Shown here in pieces: positions 19,818 through 27,149 of a stretch of DNA of 64,000 nucleotides. Every line of letters starts with the position of its first letter. Position 1 is the first letter of the stretch. The position numbers were made by a program, and so were the translations under genes. A model generated the notes under the pieces. That model was given only the letters and a program-made list of their open reading frames with translations, was not told the origin of the DNA and did not search any database. The stretch is from NCBI GenBank assembly GCA_048941265.1, contig JBHLNT010000006.1, positions 6,987-70,986 of the forward strand, read 5' to 3'. This DNA is from Promethearchaeota archaeon. Its GTDB lineage: Archaea; Asgardarchaeota; Lokiarchaeia; Sigyniarchaeales; SOKP01.

Positions 19818-21371
19818 ATGTCAGAAGAATTTAAAAATAAGAATATTAATGAGAGAAATGATGATAATAATCAAGAATCGCAGAACTTAGAGAACCATGC
19901 CAAACAAATTAATAAAGAAGAAATAACAGATAAATCCGTTATAGTTAAAGCCGAAGCTTATAAAACTATAATTTTATATGCAAGTCGATATGCTAATAAA
20001 GTAATTCCCCCTAAAGATTGGAGAGAAATATATGGAATCTTAATTGGGTATGCTGACGACAATTTTGTATATGTAGAAAAAGCTGAAGCTTTAACATATG
20101 GTCATTCCACAGATGTTCAATTAGATGAAAAGCATTATGGTTTTATTGAACAAATTCAAGAAAAATTAGAAAGAAATGAGGCAACAAAAGGATACTATAT
20201 GATTGGATGGTTTCATTCACATCCGGGTTTAGGACTCTTTTTCTCATATATTGATCTTATTAATCAACTAGGTTTTCAAGCGAGGAATGATGATTTTTGT
20301 GGATTAGTCTTTGATCACACTCTTTTAGGAAAAAAAAAGGAAGAAATCTTAGAAGGTACTAAACATAAAATTACGAAATATGATACCGGATTTGAAATTT
20401 ATAGAATAACTGATGTAAATATGGATATCAATGAATCTCAATTTGATAATAATTATCATAAAGTAGAATATATTGTAGATGGATTGAATAAATTCTTTTT
20501 TGCTAATGTTTTATCAGAACTTTCAGCGTTAGTTTCTGCTGGAAAACCATTACAATCTGCTTACGGTGAACATTATGAGCTTAACTCTTACGATGAGAAA
20601 GTTGAAATCAAAAAAGAAGATTTAGTTAAGATACCCATTTCAGATGATATTGAGTTTGATGTTGATGATTTTTTTTATGGTGAAATTAGTAAAAAAGGTA
20701 AGAAGATAACTCAAATAAAGGAGGAAGCTGAACAATTTATTTTTGAAGGAAATCAAGCTTTTGAAGAAAAAAATACGTTTATGGGTGTGGAAAAATACCA
20801 ACAAGGAATAAAAATATTTAAAGAAATTAAAGATTTTGATCGTGTTTTCGCATTACTAAGGAATTTATCAGAGTATTGCATATCCTCTTATCATCACGTT
20901 TTAGCTAAGAATTTTGCAACAGAATTATATAGTTTATCCGAGAAATTTAATAACTTATTTTATCGAGCAGAAGCAAATTATTTAATCGGATATATTGCTC
21001 TGAAAGAAGGAGAAGCTGAAAATTTGGAATCAGCATTAAAAAAAATCCAAAAAGCCTCAATTGATTATGAAAAAGCGGGTGATTTTGCAGGTGCAGGAAA
21101 ATGTTATCATAGAATTGGTACAATTTATCATACTCGCTTAAATAAACTTTTTAATGCTTCTCTTTTTTATGAACAAGCAATTAGAAGCTTTAATGAAGCT
21201 TTACTTAAAGCTCATCCTTTGCGTACTTCAATATGGAGCAAATCAGAACTACTTTCTGAGAAAATAATAGAATTAAGAGATATCGTTGAAGAATTAATAC
21301 CTAAAATCGAAGATCCGAAAGAGAGAAGGAAAATAAAAGAGGATCTAAGTTCAATTCGTTTGAATTTCTAG
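19818..21371 (+). CDS. JAB1/MPN/JAMM metalloprotease domain protein with a C-terminal TPR-like helical domain
   Basis: Intact JAMM motif GWFHSHPGLGLFFSYIDL (HxHx7Sx2D) with an upstream Glu (REIYGILIGY). The C-terminal half has TPR-like repeats. Confidence 0.8.
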   Translation: MSEEFKNKNINERNDDNNQESQNLENHAKQINKEEITDKSVIVKAEAYKTIILYASRYANKVIPPKDWREIYGILIGYADDNFVYVEKAEALTYGHSTDVQLDEKHYGFIEQIQEKLERNEATKGYYMIGWFHSHPGLGLFFSYIDLINQLGFQARNDDFCGLVFDHTLLGKKKEEILEGTKHKITKYDTGFEIYRITDVNMDINESQFDNNYHKVEYIVDGLNKFFFANVLSELSALVSAGKPLQSAYGEHYELNSYDEKVEIKKEDLVKIPISDDIEFDVDDFFYGEISKKGKKITQIKEEAEQFIFEGNQAFEEKNTFMGVEKYQQGIKIFKEIKDFDRVFALLRNLSEYCISSYHHVLAKNFATELYSLSEKFNNLFYRAEANYLIGYIALKEGEAENLESALKKIQKASIDYEKAGDFAGAGKCYHRIGTIYHTRLNKLFNASLFYEQAIRSFNEALLKAHPLRTSIWSKSELLSEKIIELRDIVEELIPKIEDPKERRKIKEDLSSIRLNF

Positions 21372-21455
21372 ATCTTTCTTGGACTAATCTTAAATCGTAA
21401 AAAATAAATGTTAAGGGAAATTATATAACTTACTCTTTTTAGTGGTGAGTATACA

Positions 21456-22181
21456 ATACCTAGACGAAAACAAAAAGTTAAGTATTCTCGTAAACTTGCG
21501 TGTCAACATCTTAAACCTAAAGGTGATATCTCTAACAGTTTACAACCTTTATGTTATTGCCCTGAGAGGGATTTGGTACTTGGAACCAGAGCATATGTTT
21601 GCCAAGTGTGTTTTCTATATAATCCTCGATCAAATGTTTCGATATCAGAAATTTATGCTGAAAGCAAAAAAACTGCGGAAAAACAAATTAAAGAGAAAAA
21701 ATTGGAATTAGCAGAAATTGAAGATATAGAATTAGAAGAAGACGTAGATTTATCAATCGATGAATTCGAGGAAGAAGAAGAAATTCAAGAAAAATTCGAA
21801 AAAAGAAAGGCCGGGAAAGCTGATGTAGAAGATGGTGAAGATGAATTTGCTGAAGTTGAATGTCCTTTCTGTGGTGAATTATTTGATGATCTCGCATCAC
21901 ATCTTCGGGAATGTGAATTCGCACCAGAAGATGTTAGTATAGATGAATATTTACCTTCGAAACCAAAAAAACGAAAAAAGAAAAAAGGCAGTGGTACAGA
22001 AAAAAGTGAAAAACCGGAAAAAGTAAGTGAGAAAGAATCTAAAGATAAGAAAATTTGTCCATACTGCGGAAAAGAATTTGTTAGGCTTGGTCGTCACTTG
22101 AAAGCTTGTTCAAAAAGACCAGATGATGCTGATGATGAGAAAGAAGCAAAATTCTTGAGTGGAGAACTTGATTCTATTTAA
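21456..22181 (+). CDS. Acidic/Lys-rich protein with two C2HC zinc fingers (UBZ4/TRAF-like); start uncertain
   Basis: CPFCGELFDDLASHLRECEF and CPYCGKEFVRLGRHLKACS both follow Cx2Cx9Hx3C. The frame is open from 21429 and encodes further Cys pairs (CYC...CQVC) upstream of the TTG at 21573 used by the track. ATA at 21456 lies 7 nt after GGTGA. Confidence 0.55.
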   Translation: MPRRKQKVKYSRKLACQHLKPKGDISNSLQPLCYCPERDLVLGTRAYVCQVCFLYNPRSNVSISEIYAESKKTAEKQIKEKKLELAEIEDIELEEDVDLSIDEFEEEEEIQEKFEKRKAGKADVEDGEDEFAEVECPFCGELFDDLASHLRECEFAPEDVSIDEYLPSKPKKRKKKKGSGTEKSEKPEKVSEKESKDKKICPYCGKEFVRLGRHLKACSKRPDDADDEKEAKFLSGELDSI

Positions 22182-22208
22182 AACTCATTTATTCTTTAAA
22201 TATAGGTT

Positions 22209-23126
22209 ATGAGAGAAAAAATATATTATTGTGAGCCAGTATTTAGACCACCCTCAGAAGCCTATTCATTACTTATCCAACTAACTGAAGGATGCACTTT
22301 TAAATGTGATTTTTGCATGTCAAATCTTCGAAAACGATTTCTCGTTAGAGAAGTTGAAGAAGTTAAAATAGATCTTAATATTGCTAAAAAAATATATGGT
22401 CATAGAGTAAAAAAGATTTTCTTTCTTGATGGCAATGCAATGGTAACTCCTGCAGAAAAATTACTTGAAGTCACAAAATACGCTAAAAAGTTATTTCCTA
22501 ATCTTGAAAGATGTGCTGTTTATGCTCATGCCAAAGATATTCTTAAAAAATCAGATGAGCAGTTAAGAGAATTATCTGATGCGGGACTAAAAATGGCTTA
22601 TGTAGGATTTGAATCAGGATATAATAAGCTTTTAAAAGCTGTAAATAAGCATGCAACCAAAGAGGATTATATAGATGCTTCTAAAAAGCTCTTCAACGCA
22701 GATATTACCCTTTCTGCAACATTAATTAACGGGCTTGGAGGTGCTGAAAATCCAATACTATCAGAAATGCATGCGAAAGAATCTGCTGATCTAATCAATA
22801 CGATATGCCCTTCTGACGATAGAAAATGGTATATAGCCTTTCTTACATTAATGATACCTCAAGGAACCGAAATTTACAGGAAAAAAGCGAAGGGATCGTT
22901 CAAAGAAATGAACCAATTTGATATATTGTTGGAATTAAAAATATTCATGCAAAATATCGGATTTGAAAATAAAACTGCAAACTGTATTTTTCGCTCGAAT
23001 CATGCTTCAAATTATTTACCTATTAAAGGAATTTTAGATAGAGATAAAGATAAAATTATATCTACCCTCAATTATGGATTAACTCATCCCGAAGTAATGA
23101 GGCCAGAATTTTATAGAGGATTATAG
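22209..23126 (+). CDS. Radical SAM domain protein (paralog of 13043-13954)
   Basis: RPPSEAYSLLIQLTEGCTFKCDFC carries the canonical Cx3Cx2C. Confidence 0.75.
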   Translation: MREKIYYCEPVFRPPSEAYSLLIQLTEGCTFKCDFCMSNLRKRFLVREVEEVKIDLNIAKKIYGHRVKKIFFLDGNAMVTPAEKLLEVTKYAKKLFPNLERCAVYAHAKDILKKSDEQLRELSDAGLKMAYVGFESGYNKLLKAVNKHATKEDYIDASKKLFNADITLSATLINGLGGAENPILSEMHAKESADLINTICPSDDRKWYIAFLTLMIPQGTEIYRKKAKGSFKEMNQFDILLELKIFMQNIGFENKTANCIFRSNHASNYLPIKGILDRDKDKIISTLNYGLTHPEVMRPEFYRGL

Positions 23127-23211
23127 GAAAATTATTATTAAATGTTTCAAGGTTGAGTATCTTATTTTAAAACTTAGAAAATTTTAATATATTTAAATAT
23201 TAATATTGATC

Positions 23212-23838
23212 ATGAGCTCTATAATAACCTTAATTGTTGGCTCTCCAAGAAAAAATAGGAGTTGCAATTATTTAATTGACAAAGCAATTGAAGGGATAAA
23301 GTCAATAAGCGGGGAATTTGAAATAAAAAAGGTCCAAATTGCGGATTATCATATATCTCCTTGTAATGGTTGCGATCAATGTTTAAGACCTCCTAACGAT
23401 TGTCCTTTGTCAGAATACGACGATACAAAAAAATTAGAAGAACAAATATTAGGATCGTCAGCTCTGTTAATAGCTGCCCCAAATTACTTTGGTTCAGTTA
23501 GTTCCCAAATAAAAGTACTGATTGATCGTTCAAGACCATGGAAAATGAAAAATTATTTATTAAAAGATATGATTTTTGCACCAATGGCTTCTACAGGTCT
23601 TAGAAATGGGGGAGAAGGAGTGATTTCTGATTTAATCAATTTTGCTCTTATTCAAGGGATGATAATTGTAGGAAATGCACTCGGAAGCCCAGTTCTTGAA
23701 GGTAATATCCCGATTACTAGTCTTCAGAAATATAATATAAAAGAGTTTATAGGAAAAGGAGAAGTAGACGAATTAGCGGGAAAAATTGCTTTTGACCTAG
23801 GTAAAAGAATTGCTGAGCTACTAAAAAAAATGAAATAG
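23212..23838 (+). CDS. Iron-sulfur flavoprotein / NADPH-dependent FMN reductase family
   Basis: Flavodoxin-like N-terminus (LIVGSPRKNRS) plus the compact Cys motif CNGCDQCLRPPNDC (Cx2Cx2Cx6C), as in archaeal Isf proteins. Confidence 0.7.
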   Translation: MSSIITLIVGSPRKNRSCNYLIDKAIEGIKSISGEFEIKKVQIADYHISPCNGCDQCLRPPNDCPLSEYDDTKKLEEQILGSSALLIAAPNYFGSVSSQIKVLIDRSRPWKMKNYLLKDMIFAPMASTGLRNGGEGVISDLINFALIQGMIIVGNALGSPVLEGNIPITSLQKYNIKEFIGKGEVDELAGKIAFDLGKRIAELLKKMK

Positions 23839-23893
23839 TGAAAATTAAAAAGAAAAAATATTTTTAAATAAATTTTTTAATTTTATTTATCCT

Positions 23894-24211
23894 TTACTCA
23901 TTATCATGGAAATCTATGCTACTCTTTGATTCTTCAGTATCTCTCTCTGATCCTTCTTTGGTGTATACCCCAATATATTTCTCTCCGGGCCATTTTGTAT
24001 TTACAATAATGCCAGATATAACTAAAATAGCAAAGATCACAAAATATGGAATTAAACTACCAGTAGGAAAAAATGACAAAAGAACGTCGACCCAAGATAC
24101 CATCCAAGCACCAATAGGTGTAACAAAAGGTTGTAATACTCTTAATATTAATCCAATAATATCTGCTATAATTTGTAAAAATTCAATCCTCTCATATTCT
24201 TGGAACCACAT
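23894..24211 (-). CDS. Small membrane protein
   Basis: 105 aa with 2-3 hydrophobic helices and an acidic C-terminal tail. Confidence 0.5.
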   Translation of the reverse strand: MWFQEYERIEFLQIIADIIGLILRVLQPFVTPIGAWMVSWVDVLLSFFPTGSLIPYFVIFAILVISGIIVNTKWPGEKYIGVYTKEGSERDTEESKSSIDFHDNE

Positions 24212-24226
24212 TTAAATACCCTCCTT

Positions 24227-24745
24227 TTATTTTTTCCCTCTCTCATATTTAATTTTTTCTCGATTTACAACAAAATCAACAAGATCATATGCTTTTAAAA
24301 TCACCGTTAAAAAGTAAATCCCCATATAAAGTAATATCATTTGCTGCAGATTTACTGTGATAATACCTAAATCCACTAATTCGAATTCTATTTCTAACGC
24401 TCCAGAAAATTTATAACTCCAAAGATATAAACAGTTTAAGATAATCTGGATTAATGCAAATACGCCCCGTCTTACGGATTGTTTGGGGGCAGAATATGCA
24501 AAAAACGCCGTCCCAGAGATGATAAGCCCAAAAGCCCAAACATAAAACAATATTAGATTGACTTGATGTTTATAAGCCTGTAATTCAACCCCCTCAACAT
24601 GAATCGTTTTTATCCAAGAAAAAGTCCAAAAAGGGATAAGTACAGTACTAGTGAAATATATCGCAGCTATTAAGGTTCCTCTAATAATATTTTTAATTTT
24701 AGCATTCTCTAATTGCTTAATAACTCTATCCTTAGTAAAACTCAT
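24227..24745 (-). CDS. Membrane protein (4-5 TM)
   Basis: 172 aa and hydrophobic throughout. Tightly spaced with its neighbours on the same strand. Confidence 0.55.
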   Translation of the reverse strand: MSFTKDRVIKQLENAKIKNIIRGTLIAAIYFTSTVLIPFWTFSWIKTIHVEGVELQAYKHQVNLILFYVWAFGLIISGTAFFAYSAPKQSVRRGVFALIQIILNCLYLWSYKFSGALEIEFELVDLGIITVNLQQMILLYMGIYFLTVILKAYDLVDFVVNREKIKYERGKK

Positions 24746-24748
24746 CTT

Positions 24749-25315
24749 TTATGTCACCTTCTCCTCAAATCCTCCTAAATCCATATCCTCTATATGTGCT
24801 TCAAATGAAATTAATCCCATGGAGTATTTAGCTGAGATATTTAATTCTTTTGCTTCAAAATCAAAAACGGGATCCCTTGTCAGATCTGCATTCAGAGCAA
24901 TATCGGTAAAATTTATATATTCTATATCATCTTTATCGATGGAAATTTTAAATTTTTTGCTCTCTCCAGCGGGGATGGTTGCAAACGACTTCTTATCTTC
25001 ATAGAGTTTCACTCCGGTTGAAACATTTCCGCTAGCTGTAACTCGATCATACACCAAATTTAATATTAACTCGACTTTTAGATCTTCCAAGTCAAAATAC
25101 CCCAAATTATTAATTTCAAATTCAACGTTAATCTCAAACGTATTAGGATCAAGAAATGGATTTCCCTCGTAATCCACATCAACATTAATATTTTTTTCAT
25201 TGGTTAATATGAGTGCCGCAGAATAGCCTCCTAAAAATGATACAAATGACATTGATGAAGCTAATATAAAGAGGAAGATTCGAACAATTAATCGAAAGAT
25301 TCTTTCTGGTCTCAT
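24749..25315 (-). CDS. N-terminally anchored beta-rich protein (LEA_2/WHy-like, tentative)
   Basis: An N-terminal TM helix is followed by alternating beta-strand patterns (NVDVDYEGNPFLDPNTFEINVEFEINNLGYFDLEDLKVELILNLVY). Confidence 0.4.
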   Translation of the reverse strand: MRPERIFRLIVRIFLFILASSMSFVSFLGGYSAALILTNEKNINVDVDYEGNPFLDPNTFEINVEFEINNLGYFDLEDLKVELILNLVYDRVTASGNVSTGVKLYEDKKSFATIPAGESKKFKISIDKDDIEYINFTDIALNADLTRDPVFDFEAKELNISAKYSMGLISFEAHIEDMDLGGFEEKVT

Positions 25316-25521
25316 AATTGTTCTCCTAAATTCTTTTTATAATTTTCATTTATTTTTATAAAATTTTATAGGTAAATATGATTAACACAATTATAGACTT
25401 TCATCTATTAAAATTTATATTTTTTCTAATTATTATAGAATGAATATTTTGATGTTTATACCCAAATGATTTCGGTTAAAATATAATAGTAAATAATAAA
25501 AAAAATGGTGTTAAATAAAAA

Positions 25522-25556
25522 GAAAACGGACGCAACCGCAAATCACTAATCTTCTA
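25522..25556 (-). promoter_or_regulatory. Candidate SECIS-like 3'-UTR hairpin downstream of 25593-25961
   Basis: RNA sense is UAGAAGAUUAGUGAUUUGCGGUUGCGUCCGUUUUC, a GC-rich island in AT-rich spacer 36 nt after the stop. It shares UAGAAGA...GAUUUGCGG..GCG.CCGUUU with the element at 26477-26510. Confidence 0.5.
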
Positions 25557-25592
25557 AAATTTATCAAGAATAGTTCATTTTTTTAAAAAAAT

Positions 25593-25961
25593 TTATGATT
25601 TTTCTATTTCCAATAAAAATGAGCCTTTATATTTGCCAAATAGTTTCCACGTTCTCGCGTTGATTTTAATATTGTTTGAATTGATTTCTAATTCATTTTT
25701 CAGATTTTTATCAATATACACTTCAAAACTATTAGTTCCAACATCGATTTGTTTCCACTTTTCAAAATGCGAATTCTTAGCAATTTTAGGTTTCTCAATT
25801 AATTGAACGATATCACTGCAGAAAGTTCCAGATCAAGATCTCGTAAAATACCTATAAATAACAAGTACTAACTCATCTAATCCATCTTTTTTAAGATATT
25901 TATTTTGTTTTTCCTGCAGTAAATTAAAGGCTTCTTCTGAAATTTCTAAATTTATAAATAA
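25593..25961 (-). CDS. HesB/IscA-like small protein with in-frame TGA (candidate Sec); no canonical start, so it may initiate at ATA 25955 or be a pseudogene
   Basis: One frame reads (L)FINLEISEEAFNLLQEKQNKYLKKDGLDELVLVIYRYFTRS[TGA 25833-25835]SGTFCSDIVQLIEKPKIAKNSHFEKWKQIDVGTNSFEVYIDKNLKNELEINSNNIKINARTWKLFGKYKGSFLLEIEKS. It is colinear with 26535-26915 and 26078-26422. TTA occupies the position of the paralog's TTG start. Confidence 0.5.
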
Positions 25962-26077
25962 TCACCCGTTCTTTATTCTATTATTGATTTGAATTGTTTT
26001 TTATATATAAATAAAGGAGAGTACTAAAAAAAATATGGTTTATATTTTAAAATTTCGAAAAAAAATTTATTTATAAT

Positions 26078-26422
26078 TTATCTTTTTTGCTCCTTTAAAA
26101 TAAGAGAAACATATTCCTCATGAAATTTCTTAGTTATTTGTATATCTATCAAAATTTCTGCTTTTTCTGGAAAATCACTTAATATTCTCTTTTCAATATA
26201 AATAGGAACAATAATACCATAACCATCATCGACTTCTCCATATTTTTCATAGGATGATGGGTCAATTTTTTCTTCTTTAAAATTCAACTCAAGAAAATAA
26301 TCTGAATATGAACCCGCACAAGCTTGTTTGCTAATTTGGTAAATAATGATCACAGGTTTTTCATTCTTAACCTTAATATTTTCACGAAGATAATCAATTG
26401 CTTCTTTTGTTAAAGAAAACAT
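26078..26422 (-). CDS. HesB/IscA-like small protein, Cys-containing paralog
   Basis: MFSLTKEAIDYLRENI...VIIIYQISKQACAGSYSDYFLELNF resembles the IscA/HesB N-terminal half (xITxxAxxxI ... GCSGxxY). It lacks the C-terminal CGCG motif. Confidence 0.6.
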   Translation of the reverse strand: MFSLTKEAIDYLRENIKVKNEKPVIIIYQISKQACAGSYSDYFLELNFKEEKIDPSSYEKYGEVDDGYGIIVPIYIEKRILSDFPEKAEILIDIQITKKFHEEYVSLILKEQKR

Positions 26423-26476
26423 CTTAAAATTCTTTTATTTAAATTTATTATATCTTTTTTTTTTTTGTTAATATAT

Positions 26477-26510
26477 GAAACGGTCGCTTCCGCAAATCGT
26501 TTTTCTTCTA
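26477..26510 (-). promoter_or_regulatory. Candidate SECIS-like 3'-UTR hairpin downstream of 26535-26915
   Basis: RNA sense is UAGAAGAAAAACGAUUUGCGGAAGCGACCGUUUC, 24 nt after the stop. It can fold as AAACG/CGUUU lower stem, asymmetric internal loop, UGC/GCG upper stem, and GGAA loop. Confidence 0.5.
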
Positions 26511-26534
26511 CCATTTTAAAGAAAAACTCATATT

Positions 26535-26915
26535 TTAACCATATACATCTTTTTGTTTCTTTATAAATAATAAACCAATTTGTTCACCGTTCAATTCCCC
26601 AATTGCAATATCGATAAATACTACTTTTTTTTCCTTGAATTCTGAGATCAAATCGTTTTCTATGTAAATTTCAATATCAGGGTTATCTTCAATCTCTTTC
26701 CATTGAAAAAAATTTTCCTTCTCATCAAGAACTTTATGCTTTTCCACCAATTCGATGACATTACCACAGAATGCCATCGTTCAATTTCCTCCAGAATAGT
26801 AAAAAATTGCTAGGACAAATTTATCTACCTGGTTCAATAACTCATTCTCTTCAAATGGTTTATTTTTATTGTTTATATAATCCAATGCTTTTTTTGAGAT
26901 TTGTATCTTAAACAA
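26535..26915 (-). CDS. HesB/IscA-like small protein with in-frame TGA (candidate selenocysteine at codon 45)
   Basis: TTG start at 26915 preceded by AGGTGG. It reads MFKIQISKKALDYINNKNKPFEENELLNQVDKFVLAIFYYSGGN[TGA 26781-26783]TMAFCGNVIELVEKHK... and continues into track ORF 26535-26777 in the same frame. The TGA aligns with Cys35 of the paralog 26078-26422. Confidence 0.65.
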
Positions 26916-27149
26916 AAACCACCTATTATAATACTTGAATAATTTATACTAGTGAAATTAATAGATAAATTTTTTCAAAAAGCTTTGGAATTCTCAATCT
27001 TTAAACATTAACTTCAAAAGCCAGAAGGATTTTTTTATGATCAATAATTACCAATACCATTAAGTAGAAATATCATTAGTTCTACATTTTTTTTAAAGAT
27101 TTAACAATAAACTGTTAAGTAAAAATTTAATTAAATTAGAGTGGAAATA

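Noticed and set aside
21442-21711. 89-aa GTG-start ORF overlapping the 5' part of the zinc-finger gene
   Set aside because: It is in a different frame from the Cys-pair-encoding frame that runs continuously into the C2HC-finger protein. Its product is basic low-complexity sequence with no motif.
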